The position numbers and the translations under genes were made by a program. Under the pieces are notes generated by a model. That model was not told the DNA's origin, searched no databases, and was given only the letters and a program-made list of their open reading frames with translations. A DNA stretch of 64,000 nucleotides from NCBI GenBank assembly GCA_943787795.1, contig CALSNU010000002.1, forward strand, positions 128,001 to 192,000, in the 5' to 3' direction. Shown here piece after piece: positions 19,454 to 30,027 of the stretch (positions within the stretch are counted from its first letter, which is position 1; each line of letters begins with the position of its first letter). Source of the DNA: an uncultured bacterium. GTDB taxonomy: Bacteria; Planctomycetota; UBA1135; GCA-002686595.

Positions 19454-21037
19454 TCAGTGGGTGAAGGCAGCCGGCTGGTGGAGGATCCCGCCGAAGCATG
19501 ACCCGTCGATCAGGTTCTGCAGGTCCTGACGGCGGCGTTCGAGGTCGCCGAAGGGCCTGACCACACCGGAACCGGCGGCGTCCGGCATGGAGATCCCGGT
19601 CAAGAACGGGGAGAGCGCCGGAGCCACACCGGGCTCGGTCCAGTTGATGTGGGTGAAGAAGGTCCCGACCTCACCGCCGTGGCAGCCGTTGCAGGTGTTG
19701 AGCGAGAAGTGGTGACGATCGTCCGTGAAGACGCCGCCGGAACCGAACCAGAAGAAGCTGGACGGGGGGAACGGTACCTCGGTCGCCGCCCCCTCGATCG
19801 ACTCGAGCAGCGTTCCCAGCGGGTCGAGACCGTTCATGATGTCCGTGACCTCCGGCCCTCCGTTCATGTTGTTGGGGGGGGTGAGCTTGACCGTGACCTG
19901 ATCGAGCATCCCCGCCGAGTCGAGGCGGAACTCTCGCATCTGCCAGATGGTGCCGGGGATGAACTCGTTTGTGCGGAGCTGACCCAGCTCGTTCGCGTTG
20001 GGGCTGCTCGTGGCGTCAGTGAACTGAGTCGTGAGCGCCGCGAGCGCGTCGTTATAGGCCGGCGTACCCATGGCAAGGTCGCTGAGATCGGCCCAGTCCT
20101 GGCCCCACTGGCGAACATCACAGCCCGTCTTGTTGATGGCGTACTCGAAGATGGCGAGGAACCCGAGGGGCCCAGCGTCGCAGTTCTCATCCACGAAGCT
20201 GTAGACGATACGCGCCTCGCCCGCGGACCCAGCGCTGTAGCCGTTGGTGTCCCGCAAGTCGACGCGTAGGACGATGGCGATCGGGTGGAACGGAGCCGCG
20301 TCCATGTCGAGCACCCCGGTCCCCATGGGATCCCAGACGTCCAGGATCGTGTTCATGGTCGCCGCGCGCGCGGGGGTGGTGTCGCCGTTGACGGTCTGAG
20401 CCGCCCCCCAATTTGACAGCCAGTCCATGGCGAAGGCAGAGGGGTCATTCGTCCCTGCAAGCTCGGTCATCACGTGGCCAAAGGACCAGGCGCCGTCGGG
20501 GTTCCCGACCCCCGTGCAGGGGTTGAAGCTGTGGTTCAGGTCCGCAAAGACCGTGGGGTTCGTGACCATCAACGAGTTGTCGACCTCCACGGTCGTGCTC
20601 GCGCTCGTCGTAATGATCGGGATCGTCATGGGCCTCGGGCGCTTGACGAGGGTGCGTGAATTCACGCGCTCGACGAGCTCGCGGCCCTCGAAGATCGGGA
20701 TCAGCACGCCGCGCTCGGCGGAGAGTTGCAGGTCTCGGGCAATCGCGCGCTCCTCCTGGAGATCGGCGCGGACGACGCCCGTATAGACGCCGTCACCGCC
20801 GCGCTCGTCCATGTCGCGGCCGTCGTCGCGGAACAGGGTCATCTTGCGGTCCTCGAGTTCGAGTCGAACCCGTCCGCCGCGGCTCCTGTCCGCCTTGAGT
20901 TCAAGGACAGCATCGCCGGGCCGCAGCTGCTGGGAGAGGTCGAGGCGGAACTGCGCCTCGGTGAAGGTCGGCTGGAGCTGCGCACTCGCGAGAGAGGTGA
21001 GGGCGAGCGCAGCGCCAACATGAATGGGGGTCTTCAT
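19454..21037 (-). CDS. Secreted hypothetical protein with DDG..D..GDGVYTG motif and C-terminal CxxCH (possible c-type cytochrome)
   Basis: Signal MKTPIHVGAALALTSLASA; LFRDDGRDMDERGGDGVYTG; QLRTNE, WQMREF, LNTCNGCH. Confidence 0.8.
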   Translation of the reverse strand: MKTPIHVGAALALTSLASAQLQPTFTEAQFRLDLSQQLRPGDAVLELKADRSRGGRVRLELEDRKMTLFRDDGRDMDERGGDGVYTGVVRADLQEERAIARDLQLSAERGVLIPIFEGRELVERVNSRTLVKRPRPMTIPIITTSASTTVEVDNSLMVTNPTVFADLNHSFNPCTGVGNPDGAWSFGHVMTELAGTNDPSAFAMDWLSNWGAAQTVNGDTTPARAATMNTILDVWDPMGTGVLDMDAAPFHPIAIVLRVDLRDTNGYSAGSAGEARIVYSFVDENCDAGPLGFLAIFEYAINKTGCDVRQWGQDWADLSDLAMGTPAYNDALAALTTQFTDATSSPNANELGQLRTNEFIPGTIWQMREFRLDSAGMLDQVTVKLTPPNNMNGGPEVTDIMNGLDPLGTLLESIEGAATEVPFPPSSFFWFGSGGVFTDDRHHFSLNTCNGCHGGEVGTFFTHINWTEPGVAPALSPFLTGISMPDAAGSGVVRPFGDLERRRQDLQNLIDGSCFGGILHQPAAFTH

Positions 21038-21460
21038 GGGGAGAGGGGTTAGGGCTTGAGTCTGAGCGCACCGCCGCGCGGCGCGCATACAAGGGCACGT
21101 GCGCCGAACCCCTCCGAACGCGACAGGAATCCGGGGGGAGATCGGCGATGCCCCATCGCGGGCAGCCCCGAGCTTCGACCGACGCAGGCGTCGAACAATC
21201 GAGCGAACCCTGTCGCGTTCACGCGACGCCGACACATGTGTGATCGACCGGCGCGACGGCGCCTCGAACCCCGAAGGGGGTCCGGCCGGGCGACGCGAGA
21301 GCCAGTCAACGGACGGGTCTGGCTCTCTCGGTCCAGCTCTCCCGCCTGATCTCGACTCGGCTCCGCGGCTCCTCTCCGCGGCTCCTCTCCGGGGCCCGAC
21401 CCGCCGAGTCCGCGACTCCATCTCCCCCCAGCCGACCTCCTCCCGCGCGGCCCTGACGTC

Positions 21461-21712
21461 ATGACTCCAATCCGAAAGATCCTGCGCAGCTATCGCGGCT
21501 CACTCCTCTTCTTGATCGCCCCGTCGATCCTCTTGTTTGTGACGGTGAAGGAGGTCCGCGCGCATACGTTGAGCGTCGTCACACAGCCCTCGCTCGCCGC
21601 GTCTGACGCCCCTACCGACCCCAACGACCCCAAAGACGCCGACGACGCCGACGACTCTGAAGCGAGGCCGCCCCTTGAGCGACGGGTCGCTCTCTCAGGG
21701 CCTCTCCCCTGA
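21461..21712 (+). CDS. Small hypothetical protein, one TM helix and acidic tail
   Basis: SLLFLIAPSILLFVTV then DPNDPKDADDADD. Confidence 0.5.
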   Translation: MTPIRKILRSYRGSLLFLIAPSILLFVTVKEVRAHTLSVVTQPSLAASDAPTDPNDPKDADDADDSEARPPLERRVALSGPLP

Positions 21713-21865
21713 GTTCTTCCCCCTGGCGCCTCGCCGCTCACCCCCAGGCGGCGGGGCGCTTGAGGCGCGGCTCACGCTCCAACGAGACGGACGCCGCCGC
21801 CCCATGGGGAGCAGACGGCGTCCGAGGCTCGTTCCGGCCAGGGGCGAGCCCTGGCGGTCAGCGGC

Positions 21866-22960
21866 TCACTGGAACTGGACCGAGATCCCGTCCGTGAAGT
21901 TGGAGGTCGCGACGCCGCCGACGGCGTCCCGGTGCCAGGCCTGGAAGTTCCAGGTCTCTCCCGCCGCGATGGCCACAAGGCCCGTGGGAGTCGGGGTCTG
22001 AGTCAGGTCGAGCGCCAGGGTGAAGGCTCCCACCGCCCCGGAGCTCAGGATCTGCCCCGGGCCCACGTAGCGACCGATGGAGCCGCCGAGGCAGAGGTTG
22101 CCCTGGCTCCCTCCAGGATTGGCGACGAAGCCCTGGGCCTGGCTCGTCAAGAAGAACCCAAAGGCGTTCAGGGGGAGGTCACCAGCGACGAGAGCGAGGT
22201 TGTTCTGCGAGACCGAGGCGCTCCCCGTGACCTCGACGCTGCTCGGCGCGCCGGTGGAGTTCGCGGAGCCGGGGCTGCAGTACCGGGTCCCGATCGACCC
22301 CACCCCGTCGAGGATGAAGTTGTCGAAGCTGATGATGTGGTTGCCGAACCAGAACGCGCCGCCAAAGGGCCGGTCCATGGCGATGCCAATGTAATCCACG
22401 TCCTGGATGATCGCGTTCCAAAGGGCGTCTCCGGAGAGGCCGCCCAGGGGACTGCCAGGCAGCGCAGCGAGGTCCCAGCCAGCGGGCGTGGTGGTCGAAG
22501 AGCTCGGAATGGGAGTCGAGACGGTCGTCCACGGCGAGGAGCCGAACTGGAAGAGGTCGCCGGTGTACACGAAGGCCCAGGCATCGTCAGCGAAGTCCGT
22601 CCGGGTCCCACCGTCGTTCGCGATCACAAGGAACGGGCGGGTGCCGAAGTTGGAGGAGCCCACCTCCACCTGACGATCGAAGGTGAACGACGTCACGCCC
22701 AGCCCGCGGAAGTCGCCCTTCCAGGGCTGGTTCACCGCCCCCGGCACCACCATGGCCGCCGGCAGCTGGGACGCAGAGTTCTGCACCGTCACCTCGATCC
22801 GGCCACCGGGGTTCCCGCCCGTGGTCATGTGGACGCCCACCAGAGCGGGGTTGAACTCAACGCCCCAATCGTCCGTGTTGGTGACCTCGAAGTCCTCGGT
22901 GGCGACCTGGGCCGCGGCGCTTGAGCTGAGGGCGAGGGCGAGAAGGAGGGAGTTGCGCAT
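21866..22960 (-). CDS. Secreted protein with shared C-terminal YC..NSTG/GNLCLGG/FQAWxRD module
   Basis: Signal MRNSLLLALALSSSAAA; C-terminal ~140 aa matches paralogs at 55775 and 60454. Confidence 0.9.
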   Translation of the reverse strand: MRNSLLLALALSSSAAAQVATEDFEVTNTDDWGVEFNPALVGVHMTTGGNPGGRIEVTVQNSASQLPAAMVVPGAVNQPWKGDFRGLGVTSFTFDRQVEVGSSNFGTRPFLVIANDGGTRTDFADDAWAFVYTGDLFQFGSSPWTTVSTPIPSSSTTTPAGWDLAALPGSPLGGLSGDALWNAIIQDVDYIGIAMDRPFGGAFWFGNHIISFDNFILDGVGSIGTRYCSPGSANSTGAPSSVEVTGSASVSQNNLALVAGDLPLNAFGFFLTSQAQGFVANPGGSQGNLCLGGSIGRYVGPGQILSSGAVGAFTLALDLTQTPTPTGLVAIAAGETWNFQAWHRDAVGGVATSNFTDGISVQFQ

Positions 22961-23060
22961 GACGGAGGCCGGGAGGGGGGAGGGGACGGCGGAGAGAACA
23001 AGATAGTCCCCGGATAGCAGACTCGCCGACCCGGGGAGGCCTGGAGGCTATGGGCGTGAC

Positions 23061-24341
23061 CTAGAGTGCGACAGCCGGGCCAGAGACCGCGATGGCGCAG
23101 GCGTCCGGGTGGAGGTGCTCGGCGGCCACGCGCAGCACATCCTCGACGTTGACCGCAGCGAACTCCGCGGGGAGGCGCTCCAGATGATCGGACGGGAAGC
23201 CGTGAATCTCGGCGCTCACGAGGTACTGGGCGCGACGCGCTGCGCGCTCGAAGCCCATGGCAAAGGACCCCACGAGGTAGCTCTTGGCCACCGAGAGTTC
23301 CTCCTCGGGCACGGGCTCTTGGCCGATGCGCCGCATCTCCGTGGCGAAGCCGTCCAGGGCCGTGTGCACGTGCTCCGGGCTCGTTCCGATGTAGGCGCGG
23401 AACATGCCCGGCAGCTTTCCGGCGGTCCCGTGAATGTCTGCATGCACGGTGTAGGCGAGGCCAAGCTCGTCCCGCAGGATCCGTGTGATTCGGTTCGTGA
23501 ACCCCGGCCCGGTACCGAGCACGTGATCCATGACTGCCAGCGGCACGTAGTCAGGGTGCGCACGCTCGATCCCGAGGTGGCCCAGGTGCACGTGAACCTG
23601 CTGCCGGTCACGCTCAAAGGCCGCAGTGCGGCGCTCGATGGGCGGGAATGACGGCTTGGTCCGCTCGTGGGGTGCCCCCACGGGCACGGCTCCAAACGCC
23701 CGCTCCGCGTGGTCGCGGACCTGGTCCGGGTCGACGTCACCGACGACCGCGATCACCAGCCGCGAGCCGCACCAGTTCGCCGCGCGATGAGCGCGGAGGT
23801 CCGCGGCCGTGATGCGCGAGACCGACTCGAAGTCGCCGTAGGTGTTGCGGCCCAGGAAGTGCTGGTCGCCGTACACCAGGCGCTTGAACAGGATCCCCCC
23901 CTGGGCCCGCGGGTCATCCGCCTCCACCTCGAGGCGCGTCTTCATCCGCTGGAGCTGTCGCTCGATCATGGCGTCGGGGTAAGCCGCGTCCGTGACGAGC
24001 TCACCCAGCACCTCCATCAGGACTCGCCACGCCGTCCCGGCCACGGCTCCAGAGAGGCCCATGGCATCTCCGCTGACGCCACCTCCCTCGGGCTCAAGCA
24101 GCGCCGCGATGTCCTGGTCTGTGCGCGCGGACGTGCCCTGATCCGCGAAGGCTCCGGTGAGGTGAACCACCCCCTCCTTGCCTGCCGGGTCGAGCCCCGG
24201 ACCGCCCCGCACATGGACGCGCACCGCTGTCACCGCCGAGGACGGCCGACGATGGACGAGGAGCACCGCCCCGCAGGCGAGGACGAACCGCTCCCTCTCC
24301 ACTTCGATCCTGGGGGCGTCTGCCTTGGACTGAGCGCTCAT
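23061..24341 (-). CDS. M16 (pitrilysin) peptidase, non-catalytic subunit
   Basis: HLTGA in place of HXXEH; RILRDELGLAYTV; ATGA overlap with partner. Confidence 0.9.
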   Translation of the reverse strand: MSAQSKADAPRIEVERERFVLACGAVLLVHRRPSSAVTAVRVHVRGGPGLDPAGKEGVVHLTGAFADQGTSARTDQDIAALLEPEGGGVSGDAMGLSGAVAGTAWRVLMEVLGELVTDAAYPDAMIERQLQRMKTRLEVEADDPRAQGGILFKRLVYGDQHFLGRNTYGDFESVSRITAADLRAHRAANWCGSRLVIAVVGDVDPDQVRDHAERAFGAVPVGAPHERTKPSFPPIERRTAAFERDRQQVHVHLGHLGIERAHPDYVPLAVMDHVLGTGPGFTNRITRILRDELGLAYTVHADIHGTAGKLPGMFRAYIGTSPEHVHTALDGFATEMRRIGQEPVPEEELSVAKSYLVGSFAMGFERAARRAQYLVSAEIHGFPSDHLERLPAEFAAVNVEDVLRVAAEHLHPDACAIAVSGPAVAL

Positions 24342-25636
24342 GCGGTCACCTCCGCCGGCGCCGGCCGGGACCAGGCGACCACTCGCCGATCAGGGCGCAG
24401 GAGGCGCTCGCAGGTGGCCATGAGCGAGCTGGCGTTCACCGATGCACGCCGCGCCTCGACCTCGAGGGCGTCCTGCCAGCGGAGGTCCGTCGCGTACTCT
24501 CCCAGGGTCTCGGCCACGTCCGTCACGGTCTCCGAATCAAAGGCCTCGCTCGCAGCCAGGAGCTTCTGGGCGCGGGTCATCTCGCCTTCTGCGACGAGCT
24601 CCACGCAGAGGCGCGCCACCTCCTCATGGATCGCCGCCTCGAGCTGCTCCGTGTCGGCGCCATGGACCGCCTCGGCATAGATCCAGAAGCCGCCGCCGCG
24701 GGCGCGCGCATCGTTGTTGGCGGACACGCTGGTGGCGAGCCCCTCGTCGATCACGAGCCGGCGGTAGAGCCGAGAGAGCTTCCCGCTCGTGAGCACGGAG
24801 ACCACGACGTCCATGGTGAAGTCCACGTCGGAACCGAAGGGCCCGCCCGGATAGGCCACGATCATGCGCGACGCGTTGTCGTCCCACGTGGTCTCGATCC
24901 TCACCTCGCCGTCCAGCTCGACCTCGAGCGCGGGGTCGGGCCGCCCTTCGCCAACTGCCTCGTCTGCGGCTTGGTCCTCGATCGCGCCGAAGCGGGCCGC
25001 GACGGCAGCCAGGGCCGCCTCCGGCTCGACGTCGCCAGCGACCACCAGCGTCGCGTTGCCAGGCCGATAGTGACGCAGGTAGTACGCCCGCATATCGTCG
25101 GCCGTCATGGGCTCAAGGGTCTCGCGATACCCGATGACGGGCCGGGCGTAGGGGTGCTCGCCGAAGAGCGCCTCCGAGACCTTTCGACTCAGTGAGCGCC
25201 AGGGGTCGTCGAGTCCCATGGAGAGCTCCTCCAGGACGACCTTCTTCTCCGCCGCGAACTCCTCCGGATCGAGGAGCAGGCCCTGCATCCGATCGGCCTC
25301 GAGGTCGAGCGCTCGCTCCCAACGGTCCGAGGCGAACTCGAACCAGTAGGCGGTGTGGTCCGGGGTCGTGAAGGCGTTGTTGCTCCCACCCAACACCGTG
25401 GTCTCCAGGTCGATGGCGCCCTTGCCGTGCGCCTCCGTGCCCTTGAACATCATGTGCTCGAGGAAGTGGCTCACGCCCGCCTCAGGACCGGTCTCGTGCC
25501 GCGCCCCCACGCCGTACCAGACCATGACCGCCACGACGGGGTCGAGGTGACGCTCGGCGATCAGAACGCGCATCCCGTTGTCGAGCCTTCGCTCGTGCAC
25601 GGTTGCGCCGCAGTAGGTGGGGAGAGTCTTCGTCAT
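24338..25636 (-). CDS. M16 zinc peptidase, catalytic subunit
   Basis: LDNGMRV, GVSHFLEHMMFKGT, NAFT; start at ATG 25636. Confidence 0.93.
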   Translation of the reverse strand: MTKTLPTYCGATVHERRLDNGMRVLIAERHLDPVVAVMVWYGVGARHETGPEAGVSHFLEHMMFKGTEAHGKGAIDLETTVLGGSNNAFTTPDHTAYWFEFASDRWERALDLEADRMQGLLLDPEEFAAEKKVVLEELSMGLDDPWRSLSRKVSEALFGEHPYARPVIGYRETLEPMTADDMRAYYLRHYRPGNATLVVAGDVEPEAALAAVAARFGAIEDQAADEAVGEGRPDPALEVELDGEVRIETTWDDNASRMIVAYPGGPFGSDVDFTMDVVVSVLTSGKLSRLYRRLVIDEGLATSVSANNDARARGGGFWIYAEAVHGADTEQLEAAIHEEVARLCVELVAEGEMTRAQKLLAASEAFDSETVTDVAETLGEYATDLRWQDALEVEARRASVNASSLMATCERLLRPDRRVVAWSRPAPAEVTA

Positions 25637-25650
25637 GGATGTTCTGGTTC

Positions 25651-26784
25651 TCAACGGCGCCGTCGACCGCCGCGGCGGCGTGAGCCGCGAGCGCTGCCGC
25701 CGCTTCCACGCGCCCCCCGGGAGGAGCGCGCGCCACGAGCGGAGCCGCCGCCGCGCGTGGATCCGCCCGAAGAGCCGCGCCGAGAGCCCCCGCCCGAGCC
25801 ACGGTCGAAACCAGCGCCGCCCGAAGAGCGGCGCACAGGTGTCCTGGGCAGCCCCTCCGGAGCCCCGCCGGCCTCCAGCGACTCGTGCTCCGCGAGGAGC
25901 GCCTCCACCTCCTCGCGGCTGAGGGCGCGCCATTTGCCCTCGCGCAGGCCCCGGATGCCAAGGGGTCCGATCTGGGTCCGGGTGAGCGACGTCACCTTGT
26001 AGCCGACGCGCACGAAGATGCGGCGCACCTCTCGGTTGCGCCCCTCCTGGATCGTGACCTCCAGGGTGGAGCCTTTCGCGGTCCGCCGCTTCACGATCAC
26101 CCGGGCGCCCGCGGTGCGTCCCTCGGCGAGGTAGACGCCCTCGCGGATCTTCTGGACGGCATCGTCTGTGATCTGCCCCGGGATACGCACGAGGTAGGTC
26201 TTGGGGACACCGAAGCGCGGGTGCGCGATGCGCTCCGCGAACTCACCGTCGCTGGTGAGCAGCAGCAGCCCCTTCGACTCCTCGTCGAGGCGGCCCACCG
26301 TGAAGATGCGGCCCTTCTTCGGATCCGTGATCAGGTCGATGGCGCGCGGCTTGGTCTCCCGGATCTCGCTGGTGCAGACCACGCCGGCCGGCTTGTGAAG
26401 GATGTAGTAGCGGCGCTCGCGAGGGTCGGACTTGAGGATGACCCCGTCGACGTCGACCTCCTGGGTGCGGGGGTCGATCTTGGTGCCGAGCTCGGTGACG
26501 ATGTCTCCATCCACGAGCACCTTGCCGCCGAGGATCAGCTCATCGCTTCGACGACGGGAGGCGACCCCGTTGTCCGCGAGGAACTTGTTCAGGCGCACCA
26601 TCTCGGCGTCGCGCTTCGCGTCCCGCGCCGAGGACGATCGAGCGGGGAGTCGCTTGCCGCCGACCTGCTTCAGGCGCGGCCGTCCGCCCCTGGCGCTTCT
26701 GGTGCCTCTGCCGCCTCTGGCGCCGCTGCCGCTCCTGGCACCGCTGCCGCCCGAACCACGTCGGGCTCTTCTCGCTCTTCTCAT
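25651..26784 (-). CDS. RsuA/RluB-family rRNA pseudouridine synthase with R/G/S-rich tails
   Basis: S4 domain RLNKFLADNGVASRR, HKPAG, GRLD, EGRNREVRR. Confidence 0.92.
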   Translation of the reverse strand: MRRARRARRGSGGSGARSGSGARGGRGTRSARGGRPRLKQVGGKRLPARSSSARDAKRDAEMVRLNKFLADNGVASRRRSDELILGGKVLVDGDIVTELGTKIDPRTQEVDVDGVILKSDPRERRYYILHKPAGVVCTSEIRETKPRAIDLITDPKKGRIFTVGRLDEESKGLLLLTSDGEFAERIAHPRFGVPKTYLVRIPGQITDDAVQKIREGVYLAEGRTAGARVIVKRRTAKGSTLEVTIQEGRNREVRRIFVRVGYKVTSLTRTQIGPLGIRGLREGKWRALSREEVEALLAEHESLEAGGAPEGLPRTPVRRSSGGAGFDRGSGGGSRRGSSGGSTRGGGSARGARSSRGARGSGGSARGSRRRGGRRRR

Positions 26785-26809
26785 GTCTAGCTGTCCTGCC
26801 TCACGGCGG

Positions 26810-27838
26810 TCAGTTCCTGATGGTCGGTCGGGCCCGGAGGACCCGTAGCTCCCCGTCCGCGTCGACGATGCGCGCGTTGGGAAGGTCTGCAGGGAGCACC
26901 CATGTGCCCCCACGTGTGAGGGGAAACGCCTCGTCGTCGACTCCGTCGACGTCCAGGCGACCCGACCCAGAGAGTACGAGGATCGCCGTCGGGCGTCCCT
27001 CCGATGCCATCTCTTCCGGATCGTGAACGTCCAGAATGTCCACTTCGAAGCGCTCGCCCCTGCGCAGGGGGGCGATCTGATTGACCGAATCGGCTCCCCC
27101 TGAGCCCTGGAACTTCAGCGGCCCCGGGGGCTGTGGGGCCGCGCCGAAGTCGATCGAGCGCAGGGCCTCGTCCAGGTGCGTCTCCCGGGGACGCCCGTCG
27201 AGGCCGACCCGATCCCAGTCGTAGATCCTGTAGGTGGTGGTCGAATTCAGCTGCACCTCGGCCAGGACCAGCCCGGCCCCCATCCCGTGCACCACCCCGG
27301 GTGAGACGTCGACGCCGTCTCCCGCTCGGATCGGATATCGGCCGAGGAGATCGACCACGTCCGGCGTTGAGGCGCCGACGGCGAAGGACGTCGCGTCCAC
27401 CCCGTCGCCGAGGCCGAGGAAGACCTCCGCTCCAGGATCAGCGTCGAGCAGGTACCAGCACTCGCTCTTGGGCTGCACGCCCAGCTTGCGAGCGGCGGTC
27501 TCGTCCGGATGGACCTGGAGCGACAGGTTGGTGCGCGCCTCCACGAGCTTCAGCACGAGGGGGAACTGCTCGTCGCCATCGAGCGTGACCGCTCCCATCA
27601 GCGCCTCTCGCTCGGAGAGCATGAGCCCGCGGAGCGAACGCCCCGCGAACGGACCGCAGGAGATCACCGAGGCGTGACGGTCCTGGTCACTGACCAGGAG
27701 CACCTCGCCCACCGGTTCGGACTCGGGCCACGCAGACTCCGCCACATCCTCTGCGCAGAGGACGTCGCGCAGCGCGCTGCCACCCCAGACCTTGGGGACA
27801 GCATGCGGCTGGAGTCGGAGAGGGCGGGCGATGACCAT
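26810..27838 (-). CDS. Type I phosphomannose isomerase (cupin)
   Basis: KVWGG, FPLVLK, LSLQVHP, KSECWY, TTYRIYDWDR. Confidence 0.9.
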   Translation of the reverse strand: MVIARPLRLQPHAVPKVWGGSALRDVLCAEDVAESAWPESEPVGEVLLVSDQDRHASVISCGPFAGRSLRGLMLSEREALMGAVTLDGDEQFPLVLKLVEARTNLSLQVHPDETAARKLGVQPKSECWYLLDADPGAEVFLGLGDGVDATSFAVGASTPDVVDLLGRYPIRAGDGVDVSPGVVHGMGAGLVLAEVQLNSTTTYRIYDWDRVGLDGRPRETHLDEALRSIDFGAAPQPPGPLKFQGSGGADSVNQIAPLRRGERFEVDILDVHDPEEMASEGRPTAILVLSGSGRLDVDGVDDEAFPLTRGGTWVLPADLPNARIVDADGELRVLRARPTIRN

Positions 27839-28041
27839 GGGGCAAGCGCGAGAGCCTAGCCGCAGGGGTCAGGCCTCGGGGGCGCCAGGTCCACAGAACC
27901 CCAGTTCCACGCCGGCCCCGCGCCCGCTCCGCGCCGGCTCCACCTGGGCAGACCGGTTCGCAACCCCTGGAAGCCGCAGGTCCCGCCTGCGACGCTTCCA
28001 ACTGCAGGGTGTCCGTCCGCCGGACCTCAGCCTGAGGGAGC

Positions 28042-29766
28042 TCAGTCCGCGAGAAGACGCTGCGCCTCGGCGAGCGCCGTGGGCTCTGCGGCCCCACCGG
28101 CAATCATGTCCGCAATCTCGGCCACGCGGCCCTCGCCAGAGAGCCACTGGATCCGCGTCCGCGTCCGGCCCCCGTCCACCTCCTTGGAGACCTGGAGGTG
28201 CCGGGTCGCGCGCGCGGCGATCGCCGGCAGGTGCGTCACGCAGAGGACCTGGTGGTGCTCCCCGAGCCGCTCGAGGTTGCCAGCGACCTTCGGGCCGAGC
28301 CGTCCCCCGACACCAGCGTCCACCTCGTCGAAGATCAGCGTCGGCGTCGAGCGCCGGACGGCCAGCGCGCCGCGGAGCGCGAGGAAGATCCTGGCCGCCT
28401 CGCCGCCGGACGCGACCGCGCGCAGGGGCTGCGGGTCCTCGCCCGGATTCGCCGCGAGGAGGAGCTCCACGGCCTCAGCGCCGCTGACGCCGAACCGGCG
28501 GCGATCCGTCTCGGGGTCAGCGTCCGCTTCGGCGACATGGGGAACGAGCGCCATGGAGAAGCGCGCGCGCTCGAGGCCGAGCTCGCCGAGCCCGCCCTCG
28601 ACGGACTCTTGAAGCTTGGCGCCGAGGGCGCCGCGCGCCGCCGTCAATCGCCTCGAGGACTCGGCCAGGCTCCCGCGGGCTGCAGCGACCTCGACCTCCA
28701 GGGCCTCGCGATCCACCGACCCGTTCGCCATGAGGTCCAGCTCGTCCCGCAGGGACTGCAGCCGCTCTTCGAGGCCCGCCACGTCGGTGCCGTACTTGCG
28801 CTCCAGCCGCTCCAGCAGGCCCAGGCGATCCTCGACGTGCTGCAGGCGCGCGGGGTCGGCGTCTACTCCGTCGAGGAAGCCGCCCAGGGAACGGCACGCC
28901 TCCTCGAGCTGAAGAGACGCCTCCCGGAAGCCCGCCGCGGGCTCCTCGAGGTCGGTCACCCGGCTCGACCAGTCGGTCACGGTGCGCTCCGCCCGGCGCA
29001 GCAGGTCGAGCGCGCTGTCCTCGGCCTCGGAGAGCCCGTGAAGCGCGGACCCAAGCTCCGTTCCCAGCTCGGCGGCGTGGCGCAGCACGCTCCGCTCGGC
29101 GCGGAGGTTCTCCGCCTCGAGGGCCGAGGGGTTCGACTCCTCGAGCTCGCCCACCTGAAACCGGACGAGGTCGAGGCGCTGAAGCCGCTCCGACTCCCCC
29201 GCCTCGAGGTCTTCGAGCTGGGTCACCAGCTCGAGCCAGCGAGCGCGCCGCTCCCGATAGCCCTCCAGGGTGTCCTGCAGCCCGCCAAAGGCGTCCACCA
29301 GGCGGAGCTGCTCCACGGGCTCGAACAGCCGCTGGTGCTCGTTCTGACCGTGGATCTCCACCAGCTGCCCGGCGAGGCCGCGCAGCAGCTTCTGGGTCAC
29401 GGGGCGGTGATTGACGTGGGCCCGTGTGCGCCCGTCGCGGCCGATGGTCCGCGTCAGGATGAGCTCCAGCTCGTCCTCCTGCTCCCGCTCCTCCAGGGCC
29501 TCGGGGAGATGCTCCGCGAGCCAGCGTCCCACGAGCTCGCCGTAGTCATCGAGAGGGAGGACAAACCGGCCCTCCACTCGAGCCCGCTCGGCTCCCTTGC
29601 GGACCATGGAGGCCCGTGCCCTGCGCCCCAGGAGCAGCTCGAGGGCGTCGACGAGGAGGCTCTTGCCCGCGCCGGTCTCCCCCGTCACCGCGTTCAGCCC
29701 TGTTCCAAATTCCAGCGCCGCCCGTTCAAAGAGGGCGAGGTCCTGCAGCGTGAGTTCAACCAGCAT
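28042..29766 (-). CDS. recN: DNA repair protein RecN
   Basis: TGETGAGKS, IHGQNEHQ, ANPGE..PL..VASGGE, FDEVDAGVGG, CVTHLP. Confidence 0.97.
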   Translation of the reverse strand: MLVELTLQDLALFERAALEFGTGLNAVTGETGAGKSLLVDALELLLGRRARASMVRKGAERARVEGRFVLPLDDYGELVGRWLAEHLPEALEEREQEDELELILTRTIGRDGRTRAHVNHRPVTQKLLRGLAGQLVEIHGQNEHQRLFEPVEQLRLVDAFGGLQDTLEGYRERRARWLELVTQLEDLEAGESERLQRLDLVRFQVGELEESNPSALEAENLRAERSVLRHAAELGTELGSALHGLSEAEDSALDLLRRAERTVTDWSSRVTDLEEPAAGFREASLQLEEACRSLGGFLDGVDADPARLQHVEDRLGLLERLERKYGTDVAGLEERLQSLRDELDLMANGSVDREALEVEVAAARGSLAESSRRLTAARGALGAKLQESVEGGLGELGLERARFSMALVPHVAEADADPETDRRRFGVSGAEAVELLLAANPGEDPQPLRAVASGGEAARIFLALRGALAVRRSTPTLIFDEVDAGVGGRLGPKVAGNLERLGEHHQVLCVTHLPAIAARATRHLQVSKEVDGGRTRTRIQWLSGEGRVAEIADMIAGGAAEPTALAEAQRLLAD

Positions 29767-30027
29767 CGTCCAGATGAAGATCGCACGGCCCCCCCGCCCG
29801 TTGCAACCACCATCGCCACGTCCGGGCCCCGACTCATGGGCGAGGCCCCGGTGGCGCTCTCCCCCCTGTCCGCCCCCGGACGCCGCTCGTCGGCGACAAG
29901 TCCTGATCAGCTGCAGACCCCCAAGGGGCAGAAGGCCACCAAGGAGCCGAGACTCCGAAGAGCAGAGGACCCCCAGGAGCTGGAGACCCCGAGCGGCGGC
30001 AGGCCCTGCCTGCTAGCCTGAGGAGCC

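Noticed and set aside
23061..25636. Inactive M16 subunit as a novel pseudoenzyme
   Set aside because: Active/inactive M16B pairs are well known and ordinary.
27839..28041. Riboswitch or small gene between recN and the phosphomannose isomerase
   Set aside because: Only one imperfect hairpin (ggaagccgcagg...cctgcgacgcttcc), no known aptamer motif, and no credible ORF.
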